A stretch of 38,551 nt of DNA from Xylographa opegraphella (Eukaryota): assembly GCA_022813865.1 (NCBI GenBank), contig JALDZX010000105.1, forward strand, positions 1 to 38,551, given 5' to 3'. Numbering within the stretch: position 1 is the first letter of the stretch; the number at the start of each line of letters is the position of its first letter. This document shows, one piece after another, positions 23,001-35,399 of the stretch. The translations under genes and the position numbers were made by a program. The notes under the pieces are model-generated. The model saw only the letters and a list, made by a program, of their open reading frames with translations, was not told where the DNA came from and did no database searches.

Positions 23001-24042
23001 AATAATATTTTAAATAATCGTGTTTAAAGGTTTTTTTATTATTTACGTAAAATTATTTTTACTTATATTCGCTAATTTATTTATTAATTTAATATTTTTG
23101 ATCTTGGGAATCGATTTATCTGTCTGCTTCGTCTTGCTTTTTTTTGCCTTTATTTTTATTCTCGAATTTAATTTGCTTTTATACTCGTTTATAATTTATT
23201 TTTCCATTTTTATTATAATTTTATTATTAATGCCGTCGGGGGGATTTTTAATAATCAAATATTAATGGCCTTATTTAAAGCTCGGGGGGGGGTTTTTAAT
23301 ACGTTAAAAGTAAAGTTTTTAAATTAATCGTTTTATTTAATTTTAAAGTTTGCTATATTTTTTTGAATTCTTTTTTCAGTATTCTTAGTATTTTTAGTAT
23401 TTTTATTTGATAATAATTCTTTCGAGAAACGTCCACGCTAACGCTTTTTTAATTAATTTGAAATAACTATATTCATATTATAACGTTTTAAGGTATTATT
23501 GATTAATGTATTTTTCATTTAATATTTGAATTTTTATTTAAAATATTTTCTTTTTTAAAATTTATATTTAAGTTTAAATTCTTAATACGTATTTATAAAT
23601 AATTAATTATATAAATTTGTATTGCCTGAATGTTCTGCCGCTTATAATATTTGTAAAGCAAAAAAAGTATTATATTTAAATTATAATATTATTGAAAAAT
23701 ATAAATATTTTATTGTTATTAATAAATTTTTAATAAATTCTTAACTGCTCGTTTAGGTAAATACGGCTTATTTTATTAAATTTATACAATTAAAATAAAA
23801 TTTACGATAATAACTGAATTTATAATAAAAATAGCAAAAGAATTTATTATATATTTACGCGTTCGTACGCTCGTAGCTTTTAAAAGTTTTACGAAATATA
23901 TTTGTTTAAAAATTTCATGGTATTAACCGTATAATTATTTTAAAATTACTTTTTATAGTTACTAAGTTTAAAAGGCCGGGTAAAAATTGCGATCGAATAA
24001 TTATGATTTTATATTAATTAAATTTATAGTTTTTAATTTAAA

Positions 24043-24270
24043 TTTTGAATTTTGAATTTTGAATTTTGAATTTTGAATTTTGAATTTTGAATTTTGAATT
24101 TTGAATTTTGAATTTTGAATTTTGAATTTTGAATTTTGAATTTTGAATTTTGAATTTTGAATTTTGAATTTTGAATTTTGAATTTTGAATTTTGAATTTT
24201 GAATTTTGAATTTTGAATTTTGAATTTTGAATTTTGAATTTTGAATTTTGAATTTTGAATTTTGAATTTT
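24043..24270. repeat. TTTTGAA 7-mer tandem repeat, ~32 perfect copies
   Basis: Direct reading. Confidence 0.95.
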
Positions 24271-25704
24271 ATTTTTTAATTCGAGTGTAAAAAATTTTAA
24301 TAGCTTTAATAGGTAAAGTTTTATTTTGAAATTTGATCGTTAATTTATTTACGTTTGTATTTTTCAGGGTAGCTATAATATAAATCTCCTTAATCTTTTT
24401 AATAATTATTATTTTCGTATTTTGAATCTTTTTATCATCAATAGTAAAAATTGAATTATATTTTCTTTTTTTAATAAGATTTCGCAAATTTTGAATACTT
24501 TTTTTCATTTTGAAAAATTTTTAAACCCCTTTTTTTAAGCTATATTTTTTGCAGTTTTAATTAACTTTTTTTCAAAATTCTAAATTTTCGCTTCGTTAAA
24601 TTTTATATTTATTTTTTTAATAATTTTAATTCGGCGTCTTTTTATCAGACCGTAAATAAATTGTAAATAAATGATATATTTATTAAATTTAAATTTATTG
24701 ATTATCTGATTAGTCATTAAGTAGTGTTAATAGCGGTCATTTTTAAGTTTTAATTTTTAGTTACAAATTACTTTTTACACTACTTGAAATATACACTGCA
24801 ATAAATTTTTTAATTAATATTTTAATTAAAAAAATTCTTGAACAATCGTTCGATTAGTTTATTTCAGTTATTTTATTCGAATTTTAAAAAGACCTTTATT
24901 CAAATATTTATAATAAAAAATAATACTTAAATAAACGCTTAACTCGTATACTATTTGCAACGCCGTAATTAAAATACATAGTTCTATAATTATTAATTAA
25001 ATCGATAATATTGAATTTATTAAAATAAAATGCCTTAACGAATCTAGGTGGCGCTATAAATATATAAATAACATAAAAAAAAGCGAAATATTTTATTTTA
25101 TTATATTAAATTCGAGCTTTTATACTTAAATACAAATACCTTTAAAAACAAAGATTTCGGGCGAGTTAAAAATATATTAATTTAACTAATAATAATAATA
25201 TAAAAACGATAAATATAAACAATTATTAATAATATAACTGCTGTAGCTACTAAATTCGATCGCTATAAAAATTAAAAAAATTCGATATATATGGCTTAAA
25301 TATAATTTTTATTTTTATTTTTAAATTTTTAAATATTATACCTAAAAGTTTTGAATTGTAGCATTATTAGTAAAGAACGTTTTAATAATATGTTTAAATA
25401 TTCCTTAAATTTAATTCGCTACTTTAAATTAATCATTTGGCGATTTAAATAAAAAGCTGTTTTTTAATCGTAAAAATTACTTTTTATATTTTTTTAGGGA
25501 AAATTTCGTATTTTTTTATCATATAAAAATCTGGCCCTCGCTTTTCGCTGATTTCCTGGCATTTTTGCCTTTGATTTAAATTATTATAATATCTATTAAA
25601 CTTTTAAATTTGTTTTATCGTAATTTCAAAAGTTTTTACCGAGGTTTTTCGAGGTTAAAATAATTATTTATTTATTTAATTTTTTTTTAAATATTATACT
25701 TTGA

Positions 25705-25723
25705 TCGCACCGTGGTCGTTAAC
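25705..25723 (-). other. Putative tRNA primer-binding site
   Basis: Minus strand directly after the 5' LTR reads GTTAACGACCACGGTGCGA, which de-RIPs to gtTGGCGACCACGG. The primer tRNA was not identified. Confidence 0.55.
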
Positions 25724-25990
25724 TGTAATAAAATTATATATTTTTGCAGTAATATTTTATAGTAAAAACGAAAAATAATTATTAAATAAAAAATAGTGAA
25801 GCGCAGCGATTTTATATTATTAAAATTACGATCATATTAATTGTTTCGCAGTAAAAAACTGTACTAAATTAAATTTACTAAAAATTAATATATATTATAT
25901 AGTTTTCCTAAGAATACTTCTTTAAATAAATTATATAATAAAAACGCGAAGCGCCTTTATCGATTTAAATAATTATCGAATTTCACTACA
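25724..25990 (-). repeat. 5' LTR of the 10.8 kb element
   Basis: TGTAATAAAATTATAT...TCACTACA; aligns with 15225-15493. Confidence 0.88.
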
Positions 25991-26401
25991 AACGTTTTAT
26001 ATGAAACATAAAATTTTGAACTCGAGGTATAATACGTACTTAATTTATTAAGCTAAAATTAAAAAGGGAAATTAAAAATCGCGAATTCTGATTATGTATA
26101 TATATATTAAACTTTTCAATTAAAAAGCCACGGTTAAAACGTAAATAAATGAAAAATTACACCTAAAATATAAATAAAGGAAAATCACGTTTAAAATATA
26201 AATAAATAAATAAACGTATATATCGATAAATCGAACGCTATTATAAATTTTAAGTTTTATAGCATTATTCTTTTTTTATATTTGTCAATTTTAAAAAATT
26301 ATAAATATTCTCGCAATACGGGCGAGACGTAAGTAAATTATATTTACAAATTTTGTAAAATAAATATATAAACGAAATATAAACTATTACGAATATAAAT
26401 A

Positions 26402-26680
26402 CGCGCTTTTACCTCAACACATTGCGCACAGAAATCAGAATCCGCAGAAATCTGACACAAAACACCTTCTTTAACACAGCGATCGCAACGATGCATTGCG
26501 AATTTTCCTTTTTCGCGAATATCAATGGATTGGACCTTTCGGCGATGGGAACTGGACGACTTGTGTTTAGGCATGATGAAGATAAGCTGCTGGAATTCTT
26601 TCGGAGCAAGAATCTGGCGGGGGAAGCTAGTGATAAGGTTCTGACCAATACTGTGCGGAACAGGGGGTCGGGGGAACCAT
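26402..26680 (+). mobile_element. Un-RIPed fragment of a chromovirus 3' end (antisense ORF 5' part, PPT, first ~48 bp of LTR)
   Basis: Colinear with 13915-14190. TGATAAGGTTCTGACCAATACTGTG at 26631 matches the LTR start at 8103. Confidence 0.88.
26404..26574 (-). pseudogene. Truncated Zn(II)2Cys6-like antisense ORF with intact codons
   Basis: MPKHKSSSSHRRKVQSIDIREKGKFAMHRCDRCVKEGVLCQISADSDFCAQCVEVKAR gives C-x2-C-x6-C-x8-C-x2-C-x6 and is cut exactly before the sixth Cys. The ATG is 57 bp from the LTR start, as in the 14089 copy. Confidence 0.85.
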
Positions 26681-27656
26681 AATTCTTTATTCAAAACGAT
26701 GTAATCAAAAAATTCGATTTTTTATTTATTAAATTCGTATTTGTACAATTTTATTCGTAAATCGACCATTTTCAATATTTAAAAATATTTTCTAGTATAT
26801 TAAATATATTTCTTTTTATTGATAAAATATATTGATATATCGTTCCTATATACGATTATCAATATATTTAAATATTTTTAAATACGTTATTCATATATAT
26901 TTAGAAAAATAATGAATATATTAATTGATATAAGAAACATAATCGTATACTCGTAAAGATTAAGTCGTATTTTTATCGCGATTTTCCACTGTTCGCCTTT
27001 TTTTTATACGAATTCGATTATACGCTTCTGGTATATCGAATTTTATAAATCAATTTGCTTTTTAAAATCGATTTTATAATTTCAAAATTAATGAAAAAAA
27101 TACCTATTTTTAATAATTATATTATTTAATTCTTGATAATTAATATAAAGTCGAGATATTCCGTTTTTCTTTAAAACGAATAATATTAAATATTTCGCGA
27201 ATAGTTACGATTTTCGTATAAAAACTTTTTATTTTTTATTAAAGGATTCTCGTAATACAAATAATTTTTTACTAACAAAAAATAAAATAAAACATTTTAA
27301 TTTTATAATTAATATACTAAAAAAGTTTCATTTATAGCTTTTTTAATATAAAGCGTCGAGATTTCCTTATACTTTTTATAAATTTAAATTATAAAAAATG
27401 TTTCTTTATTAATAAATTTAATTTATAGAATTTTCATTTCGCTTAAATATTCTCCTTATAAACTTTTTAAAAGAGATTGCGTATATTTTAAATTCGTTAT
27501 TTAATAAATTTGCGTTTAAAAGCATTTTTTATTCCTGAAAAAAATTGTTTATTTAATTTGATTAATCTGTATTTTTTTTAATTATAATAACCCCAATATT
27601 TTATCGTGGCCTCTTATTATCTTTATATCAAATGATACAGTTATAGCGTATGATTT

Positions 27657-27838
27657 ATTTCGTATTTTCGTATTTTCGTATTTTCGTATTTTCGTATTTT
27701 CGTATTTTCGTATTTTCGTATTTTCGTATTTTCGTATTTTCGTATTTTCGTATTTTCGTATTTTCGTATTTTCGTATTTTCGTATTTTCGTATTTTCGTA
27801 TTTTCGTATTTTCGTATTTTCGTATTTTCGTATTTTCG
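27657..27838. repeat. TTTTCGTA 8-mer tandem repeat, ~23 copies, inside the protease region
   Basis: Direct reading; it generates the spurious ORF 27650-27847. Confidence 0.95.
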
Positions 27839-30136
27839 TTTTTTTAATTAACTTTTTTAACTGTATTTTAAAGGTTTTTTTATTAGCGCTATTATTAAGA
27901 TTTTTTTTATTTTAAAAATTAATTTTTGCTCTTTTCGCGAAATTTAATAATATAAAGTTTACAATAGCTTTTAAATCGATTAAAATTTTATTATAATAAT
28001 TATTTATATAAATTATTACTCGTAAATTTTCCGTATGATTTATAATTCAAAAACATTTGTTTAATGATCAATTTTAACTATTTAAATACTTTTATATTTA
28101 TTCGAAAAAATTTTGTAAAACGTTTTCGTCGATTTCTCGAAGGGCTCACTAATTTTTTACCGCGGATTTAAACAATTTTAAGAATTTAAAGTTTTTACGT
28201 TAATTTTTTTCTTTAAATACTTTTTAAAATTCTAGCGATTATATTTTTATTTAAACGTTTAAATTGTTTATTTTAACTTTGGCGTTATATATTTTTCGTC
28301 GAATATTGTATATTTTGTTAAATAGTAAATATTAACTTTATTAATAAATATTCTTTTATAATATTTCTGTATCGTATTTAATTCTAAAGTTGATTTCTCT
28401 ATAATTAATTATATAACAAGTTAATTTAGTCATATAATAACGTTTTTTAATTTTGTTATTGAAATATTATAATATTTCGTATAAACCTTGTATTATAAAA
28501 TAATATATTTATTCTATTTTGATAAAACGTAAATATTTTTCTAATATTATTAATATTTTTCTGGAAAACTGAGTTTTAAAGTACGTTTTTAAATATATAT
28601 TTAATATTAAATTATAAATTAATTTTTATAAAATAAATCTTTTTCGTTTATTAGTTTTTAGTTCGCTATAAATTCGTTTTCCTCTTTTTGTTTTTTTAAA
28701 AAATAAGTCGATTTTGATTATTATATCCTTTAAATTTTTACAAAATTCTTGTATTTAAAAATTTTAAAACAATTTAAGTTTTTTCTTTTAGAATTATTAT
28801 TATTTTATAAAGTTGGCTATTTAATTAGCGGTACTCGCTTTTTGCTTTTTAAATGTTATATTAAGTTCTAACTACTCGGATTGCTTATATTTTTTAAAAA
28901 ATCTTTTATAATTCGATTAATTAAATCGCAAAAAAGCTTAAAATTTAATTTATATTTTTAATAGCTTTTTTTCTCGTCTTTTTTTAATTTATAATTAAGA
29001 TATATATTATCTGGCTTTTTCTCGTACTCGTTTTTTTCTAACATGTTAAAGCTCGAAAATTACATAACGCGCTTGATTATTTATACTATTTTTTAAAATT
29101 TTAATATTAAAGGAAATTGTTCAAAGCCGTTTTTATTATTATAATATATAAAATAATTATTATCGTAATAAACTGTTTAAAACACGCTACTATAATTTTA
29201 CTTTACAGTTACGATTAATTTCTATTTTTAAAATAATATATTTTTCTTCGATAGTAATTTTTTTATATTGATACTAATTTTCTTTAACTATTGATAATTT
29301 CGTGCGAGATATTTTTCGCGGTCGCAATTATAAAACTTTTTTTTCTCAATAAATTTCTTTTACTAATTTTCATTTTACCTTATTCTACGAAACTGCTTTA
29401 AATGTTTCGTAATAGTATTTAATTTTATTAAATCAATTTCGTAATAATTTCGATTTTTTATTATTATAATTTATATTTTTATATTTTTAATATAAAATTA
29501 TTGGCATTCGACAATTTTATTTTTTATTATTTAACGTTGATAAAAGCGATTGTCGATCGTAATCGTTTTAAAAAAAATTAATTATTCGATTTCTCTGCTT
29601 TAGGAATATTATTTTAAAAAAAATTTAAACTTTATATAAAATTACGTAATTTCAATATCTTTGTCCCAGTTAACAAAAACGATAATATTTCAAAAATTTA
29701 AAGTATATTCAAATATTAATTCTCGCTGAATTAAATTCAATAGCTTTTTTTAATATCATTTCAAAATTCATATCTTTATTTTTATTTTTTATTTAAAATT
29801 AGTTCAGTTGCCAAAGATTTTTTTGATAATTATTTTTATTTGTTTATACGATTGCTTACGAAGTTAATAAAATAAAATTATACGTCCGTAAACGTTTTTC
29901 CTCGGCAGAACTTTATAGCGAATATAATAAGAAAATTTATTTAAAACTATTCGTTATTATTTTATATGTAAACATTTATTTAACATAAAAAGGTTTTTAA
30001 TTTATTACGTTCCTTATTATGATCGTTTAATTTACGAAACGTGATAATCTTTTTAACATGACTTTCTCGTTTTGCGATTAATTTTAAGGTCGATATTTTA
30101 TTTCAACTATATACTTTATTAAAGTAATATTTGAAG

Positions 30137-30454
30137 TATAATGATGGGTATTCCTTTGAACAGGGGGTAAAGTAGTACCAGCGATTATAAATATTTATTA
30201 AGAAATATAAAGAGGGTTTATATTTATATTAAAATCATTCATTATTTACGATATATAAATGGAATACGCCAGAGCCCCCAGGGCTTTTAACGTCTTTATA
30301 TAAATATTTTATCATTATAATTTTAGTTGTTTTAGTATTTTTAGTATTTACTGTTAATATTATAATGATTAAAAATCTCTTGATATTTTGTTGTATAATT
30401 CCGCCGGGCCCCTTTGAACACTATCTTATTATGACTTGTCGCGAGTTCGTGACA
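30137..30454 (-). repeat. 5' LTR, same family as 37583-37902
   Basis: Plus strand TATAATGATGGG...GTTCGTGACA versus TGTAACGGTGGG...CTTCGTAATA at 37583-37902; gag follows on the minus strand. Confidence 0.78.
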
Positions 30455-31190
30455 GATTTTTAACATAATAACAGGCAACGTTAATATATTTCGATTTTTC
30501 GTAAATATAAACGTTTTTAAATAACGTTAATAATATCTGATCTTTTTAGCTATATCGACGAGATTTCTTGATATTGATTATTTTTTATAACATTAGTATT
30601 ATTTAATTCGATGTTTAAATATTTGCTGTAATCGAGATTTTTCAATAACTATATAATTTAAAATGTTTTTTTTTCGCGCAGCTCGACAGAATTATATATT
30701 TAATTTTAATAATTGAAATAAATATCAGTTTTCGCTTTCGACTTGCTTAATTAATTAACTCTTTATTAAATATATATACGTATTTAAAAATCGATTTTCG
30801 ATTCTATTTGTTTATCGCATAAATAAAATCGAAATAATTAATAAAATTGAATGTTGTACTATTCTTATAAATTACTTTAAAATTAATCGATAATCGAACG
30901 TAATAAAATAAAGCTTTCAATACGCGATCGTAGTATTTTATAAAATTATTAAAATATTAAATTAATCTTTTTAAAGCAAAGACGATATCGGAACACGTAT
31001 ATATAATCGCGTATATTAAATTTTTAATTACATATTAAGATTCGCGTTAATCGATTTTTTTTATTTTCGAGGCTGATTCATTAAAATAAATCGTGATTTT
31101 TTATTAAAACTTTTACTATTTTACATTTATTAATCTTTATATATAATTTTGCAAAAAGATTTTTTAAATAATAAATTTAATTTTAATGAA
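30455..31190 (-). pseudogene. Copia RT/RNase H fragment
   Basis: Reverse complement is colinear with ~6420-7140, e.g. 'attctgtcgagctgcgcgaaaa' versus 'attctgcccagctgcgcggaaa'; 'SKYINVA' corresponds to SKHIDVA. Confidence 0.85.
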
Positions 31191-31191
31191 T

Positions 31192-31439
31192 TGTCACAAG
31201 TACTGCTAAAAGCGGGTAATTATGTAAATAATAAAAATTAATGATTTACAGAGTCGAAAGCTTCGTTTAAATATATATATAATTTCTTAATTAAACAAAA
31301 GGCTTTTATAAATCATTTATAACAAAACCTTTAATAAGTAATCAAAGTAACTGCAGCCAAAGTTTGCACTTTATAATTATAATGAGGATTTATAATTTAT
31401 AGTTATAACTATAGTAAAAACCTGCGGCCTATAATTACA
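31192..31439. mobile_element. Probable RIPed solo LTR
   Basis: TGTCACAAG...ATTACA ends; same TGTCACAAG terminus as 33060. Flanks are ATGAAT/ATAAAT. Confidence 0.55.
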
Positions 31440-31512
31440 ATAAATACTCGATATAAAAATAAAAAGCTTTCGCCTTGAAAGCGCTGTAAATAAATATTTT
31501 AAAATAAACCCT

Positions 31513-31610
31513 ATTTTTATTTTTTATTTATTTTTTTATTTTTTTATTTTTTTATTTTTTTATTTTTTTATTTTTTTATTTTTTTATTTTTTTTATTTTT
31601 TTATTTTTAT
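31513..31610. repeat. T6-7A low-complexity tandem repeat
   Basis: Direct reading. Confidence 0.85.
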
Positions 31611-33420
31611 ATTTTATACGCCAAACGATCGATGCGTTTAAAAATTTTAAATAACTTAACACATTTTTAATAGATTTCTCGTTGCTCGATATTTAATACG
31701 TTATATTTTTTATATAATTTCAAATTTACTATATTTCCCTTTTAAAAGAAAATCGATTTATATTTTAAATCATGGTAAATTTTTATTTTTATAAATATAA
31801 ACGCAATTACGTTTTTCGTATCGATATAAATAAATTAATATTTATTAACGTTCGCCATGCAAAAATTATCAATATTATTAAATAAAATATTTATGTTATT
31901 ATAAACATTATTATAATAACGTTTTCTCGTCGTAGTTAAATAAATAAATATAAACGGCTCAGTCAAAATCACATTTTTGATTTTAATGGATTTTATATTC
32001 TCGAGTTTTAAAAAATTTAGGAATTTTTTATCGTTTTAAATTCATAAAGGATTTATATAAATATTTTATCAATAAATATAAAATTAATAAAATTACAAAA
32101 AATCTAGTTAAATCGTAGTAAAATATTATATTAATTGAATATAGTCTTTAATATCGCTTTATAACATCGCAGTATAATTTCCACGGTTTAATTTAAACGT
32201 TCAAAATCATCGTTCGGCTATAAATAATGAAATATAATATGAAAAATTTACTTTAAATGCTTCAAAAATTCCTTTTTAAAATTCTTTTATAAATTTTCGA
32301 TTTTTATCAAAAAGAATAGTTTTAAACACTTTTTAATAAAGCAAATATAATTCATTAAATAAAATTATAATATATATCTTTTTATTAATAGTTATTTTTC
32401 CACAAATAATCGGAATAGCTTTATTAAATTTATATATTTATTTTATTACGTAATTATATTTATTGAAATAAGATTTGGCAACTTTAATATAAAATCAATC
32501 GTTATTATATTTAAAAAACTTAAAAAACTAGAATTAATTATAATAAACTATAAAACTTATATTAAAATATTTAAGAAAATTAATATTGTAAATAATATCG
32601 AATATATACGTATAGCTTTTTATTTATATTAAAAATATATATAAATTCAATTAATTTTTAATATGTACGATCGTATTCTTCATAATCCATGCTATTATAA
32701 ATAAGTTTAAAAATATTTTTAATTATAAACTTGGAAATATAAAGGCGAAAACTTTATTTAACGTCGTTAAAATAAAATAAAATATTAATTATATAACAAG
32801 GGATTTAAACTTTATTATTTTTAATGATTTTTTCGACGCGTATTCATCGCAAATCTCATAACTATTTTTTATTCAATTCTTTTTAAAATTTTCGCCTATT
32901 TATACTATAAATATTAAATATACCGACATCGATTTAATTATATAAATAAAAACTGCGATTTTTTCGAATGTTAAATCGCGTTAAATTTATTCCTTAAAAT
33001 AATATTCTACTTCATCGATTATTTAAAGGCGTAAAAATTGAATTTATTAAATTTATATCTGTCACAAGCAATTTGATTGTGTTGAAAATGTGAAAAATAT
33101 TTCATTGTAAAGGCCCGAAGGCAACTATATAAGGGGGCTGGGTTGCCAAGCAATTTCCAAGCATTGTCCAGTGTACGCATCGACCAGCGTTCTGTGTTAA
33201 ACACGTAACAATATCGTACGTTAAGTTTAAATCGCTGAGAATACTTTTAAAATCGTATTAGTTTGAGATATAACTTTTTAATAAATATAGTATTAAAACT
33301 TATTTATTTGAATATTCAATACGTAGTTAAATAATAAATAAATATAATTATCGATAAATTCATAAATTCTGTTATATATCGCCATCTTTTAACGATTTAT
33401 ATTAAATCAAAAATTTTAAT
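31611..33420 (-). pseudogene. Gypsy integrase-region remnant
   Basis: 'FERLN*TVEIILRCY' at ~32205-32160 (SERLNQTVE..LRCY) and 'FKIFKRIDRLAYK' at ~31650-31613 (GPF module). The upstream limit is uncertain. Confidence 0.7.
33060..33210 (-). mobile_element. Un-RIPed solo LTR (151 bp) with perfect TSD ATATC
   Basis: TGTCAC...GTAACA ends. ATATC at 33055-33059 and 33211-33215. TATA-like motif at ~33126. Orientation is inferred from similarity to 3363-3605. Confidence 0.92.
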
Positions 33421-35398
33421 TATTAAAATTCTCGCTTTCACAGGGTAGATTAGGGACGTTAAGAGATCAACGTTCAATAAAGAAACAACTCGGTTTTAAT
33501 TACCTCTCGTTGCTTCCTGGTGTTTTTATAAGCGGTATCTAACGGTATAAAAAACATTTTAAATAAAATATTTATATAAAATAAAGGATTTCCTTTATAA
33601 TAAAAAACCTGTTGAATTGATATTACAATTGAATTTATAAAATAAAAAACTTTAATACAATTTGGTACGAAAACTATTATATTTTTAAAAATATTATGTT
33701 TATTATTATATTTTATTTATTTATTTATTAACGAGTTTAATCTAGGTTTTTAATTAAGCTGTATTAATAAAAGTTAAAAATGTAATATTTTAAATATTTT
33801 TTAAAAAAGGGGATTAAAAGTATAAAAAATTCATTCTTAAATTTTATAAAAGGCAATGGAAGAGATGTTATGATCCGAAAAAATCGCGTTAAAATAAAAA
33901 AACCTGATAAATATAAAGAAAATAAAAATTGTTTAAAAAATTGATTTATATAAATAAATATATTTTTCGAGTTCCAGGGGAATAGCGTTTTAAAGTTATA
34001 AGGATCTTTTTTCGTTATTATTTATATGCGAAAACAATTTGAAAAATAAATCGTTTTTTACTTTAAAAAATATTTTAAAGATTTTCGATTACGTTAAATT
34101 CAAGTGATTAAAATAAAAAGTTTTATGACGTTCAAAATTAAAATTAGAATCTTTTTTAAATTATTTAACGAGAAAAATATAGCTACATAAATTATATAGT
34201 ATTTTAAATAAAAAAATTTTACGTAAAATATTTAACTCGATTTTAATAATTCGCAATTTAAATTAAACAGAATAATAATGCTTTAATTATAATATATCGC
34301 AGAGGATTAAAAAATTTAATAATAAATAAGTTAATAAAGATTAATATCGCAATTAAAATTATAAATTGAATAATTGAGAAATATATAACAATTGATAATA
34401 AACTATACAAAAAGATTATAAAACGATAATACGAAATCGAAGGTAGAGTAAAAATAAATTATTAAAAAACGATTTTAAAATAAAAATTTTTATATAAACG
34501 CTAAATCCTTATGAATCAATCTTAATAAAAATAAACGTATTTTAAACGTAAAAATAAAGGTTTGGAAAATAGCACTCACGAGGTAACAAAATTAAAATTA
34601 TTTATTATATATATAAAAAAATTGATTATATAGCTAAAAATTATGAATTAAAAAATTATGAATTAAAAAATTAAATACTTAAATTATAATAAAATATATA
34701 TTAAAGATTTCCGGTAAAGCCGAAGTTTAAAAAAGCAATTAATAACTATTTTTATATAGAGAAAAGAATACGAAATTTGTTTTAATTATAAATAATTGAA
34801 TTAATATTAGTAAAAAATCCGAACAAATTATCGTATAGAAGATTTATATTTGATATAAAACAGATTGCCTTTGAATAGAAATTAACAACAACGAAAAAAG
34901 CGATTTAAACGTTAATAATTTATAAATCGAATTTTTTTTGAGGATTAAAACGTTAAGTTAAATAATCTCGAAAATTAAATTTTTAAAAAAAATAACGAGT
35001 TAATAATGTCGATAAAATTTGAAAAAAAAATATATAATTATCGAGTAAGTTTAAAATATTTACGTTACGGTATAGTATATGATAGTATTTACATAAATAT
35101 ATACTATAAAATTTATTAAAAAATCCTAAGTATAATAGCTATACAGAAAAAGCCTATTGTAATATTTAAATCTGAGATAAATACTTTAAAAATAAGTGCT
35201 TTTAATATTTAAAAAAATAAAAACATTCATAATTGTTAGGGTAAATAAAAATAAAATTTAAAAAAAAGTAATAGACCTTTTATTATCCCTAAGAAGTATA
35301 AAATTTAAATTTAAATTTTTTTAAAAAAGAAAGCTTAACGTTTTATTTAAATATCAATTTTAAAATTGCACGATTAATCTCGAGTCAGGGAAAAAACC
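33421..35398 (+). mobile_element. Truncated, internally deleted relative of the 8103-14509 chromovirus (5' LTR ~33421-33787, gag, RT start)
   Basis: 33545-35215 is colinear with 8225-9840; 35265-35398 matches ~10615-10755, so the protease region is missing. Confidence 0.85.
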
Positions 35399-35399
35399 A

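Larger units (their letters stand above)
15225..25990 (-). mobile_element. Full-length 10.8 kb RIP-inactivated non-chromovirus Ty3/Gypsy element
   Basis: Direct repeats 15225-15493 and 25724-25990. Apparent 4-bp TSD GACG (15221-15224) / AACG (25991-25994). PBS-like sequence, RIPed PPT (15494-15501) and pol motifs are all on the minus strand. Confidence 0.88.
26685..30454 (-). mobile_element. Truncated RIPed Gypsy element: 5' LTR, gag, protease, RT
   Basis: LTR 30454-30137; gag-like sequence ~30060-29600; 'ILIDLKAIVNF' at ~27990-27955 (DSG protease); RT 'FDIPEAYNRIRIKKGEQWK' at ~27040-26985. The LTR abuts Copia RNase H at 30455. Confidence 0.82.

Noticed and set aside
23020..24508. Hydrophobic 81-aa ORF (possible env or membrane protein) and K/I-rich 79-aa ORF
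   Set aside because: Composition is explained by RIP-driven T/A richness in the presumed gag region; no motif support.
26409..26682. Alternative ORFs 26409-26648 (-) and 26422-26682 (+), and the upstream extension to 26694
   Set aside because: Shadow frames of a GC-rich island. Only the frame from ATG 26574 is conserved with 14089, and the extension crosses the LTR and a junction.
27650..27847. 65-aa ORF (FSYFRIFV)n
   Set aside because: Translation of an 8-bp microsatellite.
31186..31445. 6-bp TSD ATGAAT/ATAAAT
   Set aside because: An AT-rich match, and the two flanks do not rejoin into one continuous host sequence; may be chance.
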